Positions 22,068 through 32,365 are shown, counted from the stretch's first letter. The stretch is DNA of 64,000 nt from Candidatus Magasanikiibacteriota bacterium (GCA_052033375.1 JBPOJQ010000003.1:10503-74502), one strand, 5' to 3'. Notes: generated by a model from the letters alone, not told the origin. A program made the numbers and translations.

Positions 22068-23098
22068 AACTCAAATAACACTGATCCTAATTTTACCTGT
22101 GACAACACCCTATCAGCGGCAATGAGGTACTTATAATGTTCGACCGTTTTGGTAACTAGCGTATCGGTAATCTCTCCTTTTTCAAGCGCTGATCTAATTT
22201 CTACAATACCGTCATAAATTGTTTTTTCAACATGGTAGTCAAGCGTATTTGTAATTTTATCAAAATTCACATGATAATTCCGTCGATCAGCATCATCTGG
22301 TGTTTCTTCAATAATTAAACTTGGAAAATATTTTTTAAACTGATGTGCGACCTGAAAGACTTGGTAGTTTTGTTCATTTGAACCAACATTGAAAATTTGT
22401 TTATTAATTTTTTCTTTCTGTGATTCATTAACAACTTTATCAAATGCTTTAATTACATCATCAATATGGACCAATGGACGCCATTGTTTACCACCACCCA
22501 TGATAAATAATTTATTATTTTTCCATGCATGCAATGTCATGATATTAATAATCAGATCAAAGCGCATACGTCGTTTTGATAATCCATACACAGTGCCATT
22601 TCGGAGAAATGTCACACAGAACGAATCATCACCCAACAACGCAATATCACGTTCAGCCAACAGTTTACAGCGCGCATAGGTGGAAACAGGAGCTGTGGGT
22701 GATTCTTCATTCATAATAGATTCCCCTGCGCCATAGACACTACATGACGAAGAGAGGATATATCGTGCGACTCCCATTTTTTTTGCTATTGTTGCCAATC
22801 TCACTGCGCCTTTGTAATTGATAGACTCAGTAATCTGTGGGAGCAATTCTGATGAAGGATCATTTGAAATTGAAGCCAAATCAATTACCACATCAACATC
22901 TTTTAAAATAGTCTCATCACATGAGCGGATATCTTCTTTTATAATCCTTAGTCGGGGATTACCTGCAAGATCATTCAAATTATCACCAAAAAAATAACGA
23001 TCAAGAGCGGTTATTGTATATCCTTTCTCTAAAAACTGTTCAACCATACGGGAACCGATATATCCCCCTGCTCCTGCAATCAGAATATGTGTACTCAT
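22064..23098 (-). CDS. NAD-dependent epimerase/dehydratase (extended SDR)
   Basis: AGAGGYIG, SNDP, SSCSVYG, YARCK, RMRFDLIIN, QWRPLVH. Confidence 0.9.
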   Translation of the reverse strand: MSTHILIAGAGGYIGSRMVEQFLEKGYTITALDRYFFGDNLNDLAGNPRLRIIKEDIRSCDETILKDVDVVIDLASISNDPSSELLPQITESINYKGAVRLATIAKKMGVARYILSSSCSVYGAGESIMNEESPTAPVSTYARCKLLAERDIALLGDDSFCVTFLRNGTVYGLSKRRMRFDLIINIMTLHAWKNNKLFIMGGGKQWRPLVHIDDVIKAFDKVVNESQKEKINKQIFNVGSNEQNYQVFQVAHQFKKYFPSLIIEETPDDADRRNYHVNFDKITNTLDYHVEKTIYDGIVEIRSALEKGEITDTLVTKTVEHYKYLIAADRVLSQVKLGSVLFEL

Positions 23099-23120
23099 AC
23101 TATGCGATACAAAAATAAAA

Positions 23121-24332
23121 TTACTTAAGATAGTTCACGTATGGACTTAATTTTTCTGCGATGATCTCACCAATAACAATTGAGCTCGTCGCAGCAGGTG
23201 ACGGCGCGTTAAGCACATGGAGCGCCTGTCGCTGTTCCATAAATAAAAAATCATCCACTAATCGACCCGATCGATCGACAGCCTGAGCCCTCACCCCACT
23301 CTCTGCAGGTTCTAGCATGTCTGCTGTAATATCAGGAACCAGCTGCTGGAGTGAATGCACAAATGCTCTTTTGCTCAATGATCGATACAATTCAAACGCA
23401 CCTATTTTACCATATCTTCCTAATAATTTCCAGAATCCCACAAATGTCATATTCAGGACCATATCGCTCAGCCGGACATCAGTTTTTTTGTATCCTTCCC
23501 GAGCAAATGCCAATACTGCATTCGGCCCAACCCCGACACTGCCATTAATATGCCTCGAGAAATGCACTCCTAAAAAAGGTAGGGCTGGATTTGGGGTTGG
23601 ATATATCAAACCTTTTACCAAATATTCATACTCAGACTTAAGTTTAAAATACTCTCCCCGAAAAGGGATAATGCGTACATCTGGTTTTGCACCACAGAGC
23701 TCTGCAATACGATCGGAAAAAAGTCCACCACAATTGATGAGAATATCATAAGTAAAATCTTCTCGTTCTGTATACACTTTCCACGTGCCATGAGAAAACG
23801 CAGCTTTAATCACCTGTGTATCCGTATGAATAGTGCCACCCCTAGCTGTCACCACCTTAGCATATGCGTTGGCAACCTGAGTATAATCAACAATAGCGGT
23901 CTCTGGAACCACCAATGCTTCATTTCCCTCAGCATAAGGCTCAATCTCACGTAATCGCTTGCGTCCAATTTTTTCTACCCCCACTATACTATTTTGTACA
24001 GCCCGTCTTTTGAGTTCTTCTAATTGAGCTGATTCTTCTGGGGAAGTTGCTACTATAACCTTACCTGTGACCTGAACCGAAATAGCATGTTCACGACAAA
24101 ATACTTTGAGTCTTTTTGATCCTTCAACACACAGCCGCGCCTTTAGAGAGCCTGGCCGATAATAAATACCTGAATGGATTACACCAGAGTTATGTCCGGT
24201 TTGGTGTAGCCCTAGACCACGCTCTTTTTCAATTACAGAAACCACCGCTTGCGGAAAACGATGAGTTACACCTACCGCAGTGGCAAGACCCACAATCCCT
24301 CCACCAATAATACCAACCCGCAGAGGTGACAT
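23121..24332 (-). CDS. lhgO: L-2-hydroxyglutarate oxidase family FAD oxidoreductase
   Basis: IGGGIVG, HQTGHNSGVIHSGIYY, PFRGEY, PFLGVH, GVRAQA, NAPSPAATSS. Confidence 0.92.
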   Translation of the reverse strand: MSPLRVGIIGGGIVGLATAVGVTHRFPQAVVSVIEKERGLGLHQTGHNSGVIHSGIYYRPGSLKARLCVEGSKRLKVFCREHAISVQVTGKVIVATSPEESAQLEELKRRAVQNSIVGVEKIGRKRLREIEPYAEGNEALVVPETAIVDYTQVANAYAKVVTARGGTIHTDTQVIKAAFSHGTWKVYTEREDFTYDILINCGGLFSDRIAELCGAKPDVRIIPFRGEYFKLKSEYEYLVKGLIYPTPNPALPFLGVHFSRHINGSVGVGPNAVLAFAREGYKKTDVRLSDMVLNMTFVGFWKLLGRYGKIGAFELYRSLSKRAFVHSLQQLVPDITADMLEPAESGVRAQAVDRSGRLVDDFLFMEQRQALHVLNAPSPAATSSIVIGEIIAEKLSPYVNYLK

Positions 24333-24335
24333 ACA

Positions 24336-25067
24336 TTATGATACATGTTTATGATACACAAGCTCCATATTTTCAACCACAAAACCCATTTTTTGATAAA
24401 ACGCAGTTGCAGGAATATTTTCTGCCTCGGTAACAACTCTCACTGTAGAAATTTTTGATTTACTCAAAAATTGTAACGCGTGTTTCATTAAAAATGAACC
24501 AAGTCCTAAATTATGCCACCGCGGTACCACTCCAAGCAAATCAATATATCCGCAATCCCCTTTTATCTTTATGGTGACCAAACCTACCAACTCTTTGTTT
24601 TTTGTAATACAGAAGGATGCATCTGCGTAACCATTGTAGAGACTGTTAAATATCCATTCAGTATAGAGATCTTGCGATTTTTTTATTGGAAGCTCTAGAT
24701 CCCGAAAGTACCTGCTTGTGCCACCAATTACTACTGCCATTTTCTTAATGGATGCAATTTTCAATTGTGGAATTTCACTTGTTTTTTTAATAAATTCAAA
24801 TCCCGCAGGAAGCTTTGCGGAAAAAGTTCGCTTCATGTCCCTCAGTCGATAGGTTGCCCTACTACTTATGATATGAAAATTATTTTCCTCCAAAAATCGC
24901 GTAATTTTAGGTGAGCACGGTGCAAAACAAAAAATAATTTCAGGAGAATGTCCCACAACCAATGTTTGTTTAATTTTTTGTAAATCTACATTACCTGAAA
25001 TAAATAACTTTGTTACCTGTTTTTCAAAAATTTTTGTATCAAAATTATCAATTATTTTTTTAAACAT
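24336..25067 (-). CDS. GNAT acetyltransferase (WecD-like amino-sugar N-acetyltransferase)
   Basis: SRYFRD...LYTEW, IDLLGV..HNLGLGS, VVTEAENIPA..FYQKMGF. Start uncertain (25067 or 25100). Confidence 0.8.
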   Translation of the reverse strand: MFKKIIDNFDTKIFEKQVTKLFISGNVDLQKIKQTLVVGHSPEIIFCFAPCSPKITRFLEENNFHIISSRATYRLRDMKRTFSAKLPAGFEFIKKTSEIPQLKIASIKKMAVVIGGTSRYFRDLELPIKKSQDLYTEWIFNSLYNGYADASFCITKNKELVGLVTIKIKGDCGYIDLLGVVPRWHNLGLGSFLMKHALQFLSKSKISTVRVVTEAENIPATAFYQKMGFVVENMELVYHKHVS

Positions 25068-25080
25068 ACTATGTATAGAC

Positions 25081-25746
25081 TTAAGTATCAAAAACCACAT
25101 TCAGAGCTTTCTGACGCTCTTCGGCAGAAAATCTATATTTAATAAAAGCTGCGGGCACCCCGCCTACAATAGCAAATGGTTCCACGTCTTTTGTTACCAC
25201 TGCATGAGCGCCGACGATTGCCCCTCTTCCGATTGTAACATTCGGTAATACAGTCACCCCAGTCCCGAGCCATACATCATCTTCGATTATGACCGTACCG
25301 CACCGATCGGTTTGTCTACACATTGGTTTTGTCCAGTCTGAATATCCATGCATCGACGTAATAATATTACACCTTCCTGCAATCATCACATAATTTCCAA
25401 TACGTACCTCTCCCCCACTACCTACATAACATTCAGCGTTCAATGAAGAATTATTCCCAATTGTAAGATTTTCATGTTCACCAATAAGAACTGTACTCTT
25501 TCCAATCACAACATTATTGCCTATTCTAATATTTTTATTTCCCCCTTCGATATACACATTTTTTCCTATACGAATACCATCTCCTAAAAATACTTTATTC
25601 GGATGAGCTATCTTGACCCCCTTTTCGATTTCAACTTTTTGCCCCATTGCTCCACACACTCTCCGTAAAAAAAATACCCTCATCACACGCATACATCCAT
25701 TGAAACCGCGCACCATTCTCGCAACAATTGTATATATCATACACAC
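25081..25746 (-). CDS. Hexapeptide-repeat (LbH) acyltransferase
   Basis: IGNNVVIG repeats; VIIEDDVWLG..VLPNVTIGRGAIVGAHAVVTKDV..IVGGVPA. Start uncertain. Confidence 0.9.
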   Translation of the reverse strand: MCMIYTIVARMVRGFNGCMRVMRVFFLRRVCGAMGQKVEIEKGVKIAHPNKVFLGDGIRIGKNVYIEGGNKNIRIGNNVVIGKSTVLIGEHENLTIGNNSSLNAECYVGSGGEVRIGNYVMIAGRCNIITSMHGYSDWTKPMCRQTDRCGTVIIEDDVWLGTGVTVLPNVTIGRGAIVGAHAVVTKDVEPFAIVGGVPAAFIKYRFSAEERQKALNVVFDT

Positions 25747-25753
25747 AAAACTT

Positions 25754-26548
25754 TTATCGGACTAAGCGTTTGAAAATTAATAGTAAAAAATTCAAACATG
25801 ATTTTAGACTACTAAGCTGGGTAGGACCATTTTGTACACCAAAAACTTCTGGCACAGGTTCTTTGATTTTAGTTCCTATTATGCAATAGGTTTCCCGTCT
25901 TTTTTCTTTTCGTGTTCCATACGAGCTATATTCTTCATCATCTGTAGGTGATCTTTTCAGATGGGTCATGTGCCAATATTTATGATGCAGAATAGCAGTA
26001 CTTTCCTTTTGAAACACCTCACTACCATTAGCATATATCAGCATATCACTATTATAATCACCAGACCAATGGACGCCACGGCATATTCTGATAAACCGAG
26101 GGTAAAAAAAATCTTTTTTTCCTAACATTTCAATACTACCATTCTTACGATATGTATGAAACACATCACCGACACACAAATAAAACGGAGCAATCAAGCA
26201 ATCAATTTTCTTATTTTCTCGTATTACCTCTATAGCTTCACGCATTGCCCTCTGTGTCCACACCTCATCTCCATCAAGAATCATAAACCACTCTGTGGTC
26301 GTACGATCAATCATTTCTTGTCTCAACACAGTATGCTGTTTTTTATCACAGACGCCCTTTTCTTCAAAAATAATTTTTTGAGGATATTTTTTGATTATTT
26401 CACGTATAATCTCTGTGGTTGCATCAGTCGATCCTGTGTCAAAAATAATCAGTGAATCTACAAAATCAATCACGGATAATATTGCATACCGTATAAAATA
26501 TTCTTCATTTTTTACAATACAATGGGCAGTAATTGCCATATCATGCAC
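25754..26548 (-). CDS. Glycosyltransferase family 2
   Basis: VKNEE, DTGSTD, LDGDE. Confidence 0.85.
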   Translation of the reverse strand: MHDMAITAHCIVKNEEYFIRYAILSVIDFVDSLIIFDTGSTDATTEIIREIIKKYPQKIIFEEKGVCDKKQHTVLRQEMIDRTTTEWFMILDGDEVWTQRAMREAIEVIRENKKIDCLIAPFYLCVGDVFHTYRKNGSIEMLGKKDFFYPRFIRICRGVHWSGDYNSDMLIYANGSEVFQKESTAILHHKYWHMTHLKRSPTDDEEYSSYGTRKEKRRETYCIIGTKIKEPVPEVFGVQNGPTQLSSLKSCLNFLLLIFKRLVR

Positions 26549-26551
26549 ACA

Positions 26552-27424
26552 TTAATCCTGGTACGGTTGTATACCTTTGGGCAACAATAAAAATTTCTTT
26601 TTGATTTTTTTTCGATATACGTAACGCACTAATTGATATAGGCCAAAGACCGAGGTGATTGTTTTAAAAATTCTAAATGAAGATTCCCTCATGATGCCCC
26701 GCATGTGATACCAATCAGTTTTTATACCAGGAAAGTATGTACGGGCAATTTTTAAATTTTCCAAACGACAAGGTAGCCAATTATTGAAAGAATTGCCCAG
26801 TGTACCCACCCGAAAAATAATTTTTTCTAATCTCTTGAAACGACAGCCTGCGACTACGCAACGTGCTAAAAAATCTCCATCTGCTGAATGTCGGTATTGC
26901 AAATCATAGGGAAATTTCTTTGCGATCTCGTTGCGTACAAATAGTGTAGAATGGCACGCTTGCATACCTTGCCACGCATTCGTATGTACATCCTTATTAG
27001 CCGGACACAATACTGCCTGACCACTAAAATTACCCACAAACCCTCCATATACGATATCGAAATTCGAATATTCCTGATCTTTATTTTTAAAAATTTCTTC
27101 AATAATAGTATTAGATATTAGATAATCCCCACTATTTAATATCTGTACCCATTCGCCCGATGCATGACAGACGCCTTTATTCATAGCATCGAACATTCCC
27201 GCATCCTTTTCACTCACCCAATATCCCAAACGAGGACTATACTTTTTTATGATATCAACGGTTCCATCAGTGGATCCACCATCGATAATAATATACTCGA
27301 TATGTGCACTGAACGTTTGATCGAGGACACAGCGTATTGTCCGCTCTACATTTTTTACATCATTAAAAACAACAGTTACTACCGTTACTACAGGCTTTCG
27401 ATTAACCTGACTCACTGGTTCCAT
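26552..27424 (-). CDS. Glycosyltransferase family 2 (WfgS-like)
   Basis: IDGGSTDGT, SEKDAGMFDAMNKG, LNSGD. Confidence 0.9.
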   Translation of the reverse strand: MEPVSQVNRKPVVTVVTVVFNDVKNVERTIRCVLDQTFSAHIEYIIIDGGSTDGTVDIIKKYSPRLGYWVSEKDAGMFDAMNKGVCHASGEWVQILNSGDYLISNTIIEEIFKNKDQEYSNFDIVYGGFVGNFSGQAVLCPANKDVHTNAWQGMQACHSTLFVRNEIAKKFPYDLQYRHSADGDFLARCVVAGCRFKRLEKIIFRVGTLGNSFNNWLPCRLENLKIARTYFPGIKTDWYHMRGIMRESSFRIFKTITSVFGLYQLVRYVYRKKIKKKFLLLPKGIQPYQD

Positions 27425-27429
27425 AACAG

Positions 27430-28218
27430 TTATTCTTTAGTAAACAAAAATAGACCACATCCATACACCTGTTTCTTAACCATACTTGGTTCAGCATCTT
27501 CGATCAGCCCTCCCTCATCTGGTAATAACGTAAATTCAACCAATTTAAGGCTTGGAAACGAAGAAACTATCTGTTCATACGAATAAATACGCTGAGCATT
27601 AAACATTAGCTTCGGAGCACCTACAGGTACCACAAACAACAAGTGACCGCCCTTTGCCACCACTCGTGATAGCTCTTTCATGGCTTTTAAGTCTGCCTCG
27701 GAATCAATAGGATCGCCATATCGGCCCAACCCGACATGCTCAACCGTGTGCATACATGACAAGGATTCAATACTACCATCAGGAAATGGTAATCTCAAAA
27801 GGTCGGCTTCTCCAAATTTTAAGTCTGATAACTTCAAATCTGTAGGTCGATAATCATAAAAATCAATAGGTATAAAAGCCGACGCAATCGCGCAGAAATT
27901 TAGAGTTGAGCTAATGTCTACATGTTTTTTTGGGCGCAATTCAGCGAGCTTTCGAGCTGCCCAGGCTGGATGATAGGTATAATGCCGGTCAAAATGCTGT
28001 AGATTAGCCATTTCGTGCAAAATAGGAGAAAAATTTTTAACTGATAACGTAAATCTAGTATCTCGAGAAAGTTCTGCTGATTTTTTAAATTTCTTCCAAT
28101 GATTTAAAAAAACTGAATACATTACTTTATCTCTGATGCGTCCCCATAATCGATGTGCAAAAATCAAAAATCCCAGAGGAAAAACTTTCTTCAAAAAAAT
28201 CTTTAATTTGACATTCAT
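27430..28218 (-). CDS. DUF268-like methyltransferase-fold protein
   Basis: HVDISS, SLSCMHTVEHVGLGRYGDPID, FNAQRIY. Start at MNVKL favoured by the upstream promoter. Confidence 0.8.
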   Translation of the reverse strand: MNVKLKIFLKKVFPLGFLIFAHRLWGRIRDKVMYSVFLNHWKKFKKSAELSRDTRFTLSVKNFSPILHEMANLQHFDRHYTYHPAWAARKLAELRPKKHVDISSTLNFCAIASAFIPIDFYDYRPTDLKLSDLKFGEADLLRLPFPDGSIESLSCMHTVEHVGLGRYGDPIDSEADLKAMKELSRVVAKGGHLLFVVPVGAPKLMFNAQRIYSYEQIVSSFPSLKLVEFTLLPDEGGLIEDAEPSMVKKQVYGCGLFLFTKE

Positions 28219-28263
28219 AATCCAAAAAATAAATATGCTTAATACCTCATACAATATAGTAGA

Positions 28264-28292
28264 AGTGTAATCAAAATTATCTACTGAGTCAA
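28264..28292 (-). promoter_or_regulatory. sigma70-type promoter of the long leftward glycan operon
   Basis: Minus strand TTGACT-17 nt-TACACT. Confidence 0.65.
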
Positions 28293-28370
28293 CAGACCTA
28301 TCTTTTATATATCTTCATGTCTAGAGCCCATACAATAAAAAAATAATAATTTTTGTATACACCACTATGA

Positions 28371-28399
28371 TTGACGTCCACTACATTTTCTGTTATGTT
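28371..28399 (+). promoter_or_regulatory. sigma70-type promoter of the Nudix gene
   Basis: TTGACG-17 nt-TATGTT with extended TGn. Confidence 0.6.
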
Positions 28400-28469
28400 T
28401 ATCGACTCATCAGTCTGTCCTATTGATCGGCTGGCGAGACAACCCGACTCTCAACCAGAGGAGACCGAC

Positions 28470-29171
28470 ATGCGAGATAATACGGCGTTTGGATACCCCA
28501 TCGCGACCCTCGAGAATCTCCATGAGGTTCTCACGAATCTCAAAATCGAGCGATGGAACTCTATCGCACCCACAGTCCTCCTCGAGGACTACCTCAAGCG
28601 TGATCTCTCTCCTGAGGATCGTACAGACCTCAGATATGTTCCTAAGACTGAAGTTCTCTTCCTCGAGAATCCTCACACCAAGGAGAGATTCACAGCCTTC
28701 CGGAACACTGGCAAGCCGTGGGTGACGGTCTTTGCAGTCATCCCCCATGAAGGCCAACTGCTCGTGCCCGTGACGGTCGAGTTCAAGCAAGGCTTCGGCG
28801 AAGTGGTGCTCGTGCCACCGAGTGGCGTCAAGAGCCGCACTGATCACTCATTCGCTGATACGGCGCGCCGCGAGTTCGAGGAGGAGACTGGATTCAAACT
28901 CGATCATGTGATCCCGCTCGCGGGAGGCATTATGCAAGGTGCCACAGTTCGACAGAACACGGGTGGTATCCATCCCTTCCTCGGAATCCTCAAGGATCCG
29001 ATCCAACGCGGTCCAAGCAAGCTCGATCACCATGAACTCCTCCGGATCATCCTGTTCCCGCTCGACGAGTGGCAAAAGGTGGTCTTGAGCGGACTGACCT
29101 ACGACATGGCATCGACTGTTGTCACGTACCATGCTCTTGCTCTACTACGTACGATGGGCATGGTCAAGTAG
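28470..29171 (+). CDS. Nudix hydrolase (ADP-ribose pyrophosphatase-like); GC-rich, SD-led
   Basis: Nudix box PSGV.......ADTARREFEEETG. AGAGGAG lies 6 nt before ATG 28470; the ORF-track start at 28371 is the -35 box. Confidence 0.85.
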   Translation: MRDNTAFGYPIATLENLHEVLTNLKIERWNSIAPTVLLEDYLKRDLSPEDRTDLRYVPKTEVLFLENPHTKERFTAFRNTGKPWVTVFAVIPHEGQLLVPVTVEFKQGFGEVVLVPPSGVKSRTDHSFADTARREFEEETGFKLDHVIPLAGGIMQGATVRQNTGGIHPFLGILKDPIQRGPSKLDHHELLRIILFPLDEWQKVVLSGLTYDMASTVVTYHALALLRTMGMVK

Positions 29172-29203
29172 AACATCTCTCGGCCCCCTGGGACCGAACA
29201 AGC

Positions 29204-29242
29204 CCCCCGGTGTGCATAAGGCACGCCGGGGGTTATTCATTT
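29204..29242 (+). terminator. Intrinsic terminator after the Nudix gene
   Basis: CCCCCGGTGTGC-ATAAG-GCACGCCGGGGG followed by TTATTCATTT. Confidence 0.75.
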
Positions 29243-29272
29243 GTAACCTACATTATTTCTATGCTACATGGT

Positions 29273-29301
29273 TTGACAGATACCCTTATTTTTCATACAC
29301 T
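29273..29301 (+). promoter_or_regulatory. sigma70-type promoter of the rightward four-gene sugar operon
   Basis: TTGACA-17 nt-TACACT. Confidence 0.7.
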
Positions 29302-29367
29302 ATACTGGTAAATTACTATATCTTTTGAAGGAGTTTGGTGACTAATCTACCAAAATAAATATTAACT

Positions 29368-30297
29368 ATGAACATTTTGATTACTGGGGGTGCGGGCTAT
29401 ATTGGATCACTCGTAGTTTCAGAACTTTTGAAAAACGGACATACTGTACGCGTACTTGATAACCTTACGTTTGGACTTAATTCCCTCATGCCTTATTTTA
29501 TTGACGATCATTTTGAATTTATCAAAGGAGATATCAGAGACACTGACATCGTCAACAAATCAGTTCAAGGTATGGATGTCATTATCCACTTGGCTGGAAT
29601 TGTAGGCGCCCCAGCATGCAAACGGGATCCTAAATTAACTGAAGAAGTAAACTACCAAGGGACAGTTAACATCAATAATGCAAGAAAAGAATCGCAGAAA
29701 TTATTCTATGCATCAACCGGAAGTGTATATGGAAAAGTGGAAAATATCTGTACTGAAGAATCTCCTACCAATCCACTTTCTACATACGGAGATACTAAAC
29801 TACGAGGAGAATTAGAGGTAATGAGTAAAGGAAATGCAATCGCCTATCGATTTGCAACTGCATTTGGATTGTCAGCCCGCCCACGCTTAGATCTACTGCC
29901 TAATGATTTTGTATTTAATGCACTCAAGAATAAATATTTAGTAGTATACGACAAACACTTCAAACGAACATTCATCCATGTGCGAGATATCGTCAATTCA
30001 TATGTATTTGGAATTGAGCATTTTGATAGCATGAAAAATGAAGTTTACAACGTGGGATCAGAAAAAATGAACAAGACCAAAGAAGAAATCGCTCAAATGG
30101 TACGGGAGAAAATTAATTTTGAAATCCTCTATGTTGACCAGGGCATTCCTGACCCTGATCAAAGAGATTATGAAGTTTCATATCAAAAAATCCGTAACAA
30201 AGGCTTTGAACCTACTATCAGTTTTGAAAAGGGTCTCAACGAAATGATTAAGGGTCTTGAGCATCTGCGTATTTCAAATCCTTTTTCAAATGTATGA
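29368..30297 (+). CDS. NAD-dependent epimerase/dehydratase
   Basis: TGGAGYIG, IVGAPAC, STGSVYG, YGDTK, RLDLLPN. Confidence 0.9.
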   Translation: MNILITGGAGYIGSLVVSELLKNGHTVRVLDNLTFGLNSLMPYFIDDHFEFIKGDIRDTDIVNKSVQGMDVIIHLAGIVGAPACKRDPKLTEEVNYQGTVNINNARKESQKLFYASTGSVYGKVENICTEESPTNPLSTYGDTKLRGELEVMSKGNAIAYRFATAFGLSARPRLDLLPNDFVFNALKNKYLVVYDKHFKRTFIHVRDIVNSYVFGIEHFDSMKNEVYNVGSEKMNKTKEEIAQMVREKINFEILYVDQGIPDPDQRDYEVSYQKIRNKGFEPTISFEKGLNEMIKGLEHLRISNPFSNV

Positions 30298-31220
30298 GCA
30301 AAAAAATACTTATTCTTGGCGCAAGTGGTTTCGTGGGCAGTAATCTCACCACTGCACTTGAAAAACTAGGTCACACTGTATACCGTGCGTCACGCACACT
30401 AGGAGTCGATATAACTGACTACGGGCACATCGAACAATGTCTGCGAAAATTCACGCCAGACATTATTTTTAATTGCGCTGCACACGTGGGAAGTCTACAC
30501 TATGTGACTACGTACGCTGCAGATGTTATCCACGATAACGTACAGATGTCTCTCAATCTATACAAAGCTGTTGCCACAGTCTGTCCAAAGACAAAAATAA
30601 TCAACCCCCTTTCCAACTGCTCTTACCCTGGTACGAGCGCAATTCAAACCGAATCTGAATGGTGGAGTGGTGAAGTACATGATTCAGTTTTTTCATATGG
30701 TAATGCCAAACGGATACTATATGTAATTGCCACGTGCTACCAAAAACAACACAAAATCCACAGTGTAAATTTTCTTATCCCTAATACCTTTGGCCCAGGT
30801 GATTCGACTGACCCCAATAAAACTCACGCCCTCAATGGTATGATTATTCGTATGATTGAAGCACAGAAACGCGGAGATACCGAATTTGAAATTTGGGGTA
30901 CCGGCAGTCCAGTGCGCGAATGGGCATATATTGACGATGTGGTGCACGCTCTCATACATGGTATGGAAATTGATAAAGATACCCCCCACCCTATAAATAT
31001 TGCTCAACAAAAAGGATTCACTATAAAACAAACGGCTGAATTTATCGCCGAAGCGGTTCATTTCACAGGCAAACTCGTATTTAATACATCTTATGCCGAT
31101 GGTGCCCCAGTAAAAATTCTCGATGATAAAAAATTTCGACAACTATTCCCTGATTTTATTTTTTCTGACCACAAAAAAGGTATTGCAGCGACAGTCGCAT
31201 ATTACAAATCAATTTTATAA
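30294..31220 (+). CDS. GDP-fucose-synthase-like epimerase/reductase
   Basis: CAAHVG, SNCSYP, YGNAK, PNTFGPGD, IWGTGSPVREW, DGAPVKILD. Confidence 0.85.
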   Translation: MSKKILILGASGFVGSNLTTALEKLGHTVYRASRTLGVDITDYGHIEQCLRKFTPDIIFNCAAHVGSLHYVTTYAADVIHDNVQMSLNLYKAVATVCPKTKIINPLSNCSYPGTSAIQTESEWWSGEVHDSVFSYGNAKRILYVIATCYQKQHKIHSVNFLIPNTFGPGDSTDPNKTHALNGMIIRMIEAQKRGDTEFEIWGTGSPVREWAYIDDVVHALIHGMEIDKDTPHPINIAQQKGFTIKQTAEFIAEAVHFTGKLVFNTSYADGAPVKILDDKKFRQLFPDFIFSDHKKGIAATVAYYKSIL

Positions 31221-31231
31221 TTTATAACATT

Positions 31232-32365
31232 ATGACAAAAAAACCTTATGAGATCGGTAAAGAAATTCGTCCCTGGTCTGTATTTGTTCCATCAGAAACG
31301 GGACGCGAAGTAGACAAGGTATTACAATCCAAATGGATTAATACTGGCAAACAAGAAAAATTGCTGCGCGAACAATTTGCCAAACGATTCAACATCAAAC
31401 ACATCGTAGCATGCAATAGTGGTACTTCTGCTCTCCGCGCAAGCTTGGCTGTACTTGGGGTCGGTCCAGGCGATGAGGTTGTCTCTACACCGTATACGTT
31501 TATTGCCACGAATACTTCGATACTTGAACAAGGCGCAAGACCAGTATTTGCAGATATTAACTATGACACATTAAATATCGATCCACAGAGTATCGTGAAA
31601 AAAATTACAAAAAAAACTAAAGCTATCATGTGCGTCCATTACGGTGGTAATGCATGTGATATGGATGCTATTCGTAAAATCGGTCGAGATTACAACTTAC
31701 CAATTATTGAAGATTCTGCACATGCCATGAACGCAAAGTATAAAGGTGATTTTATCGGTACAAAAGGTGACATCATCACTTTCTCACTTCAGGTGGTAAA
31801 GATTATTACCTGCGGAGATGGAGGCATGATTGCAACCCCACATAAAAAATACTATGAAAAATTAAAGAGACAGGTATGGTTCGGTGTCGACCGAGAAAAT
31901 AAAAAAACTAGTATGATCGACCCGCTTCCTGATCGAATTGATACTCTGGGTTTCAAATATAATATGAATGATATTACCGCAACGATCGGTATTGTCGGAC
32001 TCAAACATATCAATGAGCCACTAGCTCGCCGTAAAAAAATCGGCGAACTCTACCGTCGCGAGTTTGAAAATTGTTCAAAAGTGCAAACAACTTATTATCC
32101 TGCTGAAAATACTCCAAATTACCAAATATTTCCGGTACACGTACAAAATCGAATGAAATTCGCTCTATTCATGCGTGAACATGGGATCTTTGTAAATATC
32201 AATAACCGTCGAAATGATAGATATTCAATTTTTGGGGGTATTAAAAACTTACCCAACCTCAAGCGCGCAGATGAAGATACGATTCTCATTCCTATCCATT
32301 ATGATCTAACTGATCACGATGTAGAAAAAATCATCGATACTGTTAAAAAATACGACCGCATCTGA
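31232..32365 (+). CDS. DegT/DnrJ/EryC1/StrS sugar aminotransferase
   Basis: NSGTSAL, GPGDEV, EDSAHA, FSLQVVKIITCGDGG, GFKYNMND. Confidence 0.92.
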   Translation: MTKKPYEIGKEIRPWSVFVPSETGREVDKVLQSKWINTGKQEKLLREQFAKRFNIKHIVACNSGTSALRASLAVLGVGPGDEVVSTPYTFIATNTSILEQGARPVFADINYDTLNIDPQSIVKKITKKTKAIMCVHYGGNACDMDAIRKIGRDYNLPIIEDSAHAMNAKYKGDFIGTKGDIITFSLQVVKIITCGDGGMIATPHKKYYEKLKRQVWFGVDRENKKTSMIDPLPDRIDTLGFKYNMNDITATIGIVGLKHINEPLARRKKIGELYRREFENCSKVQTTYYPAENTPNYQIFPVHVQNRMKFALFMREHGIFVNINNRRNDRYSIFGGIKNLPNLKRADEDTILIPIHYDLTDHDVEKIIDTVKKYDRI

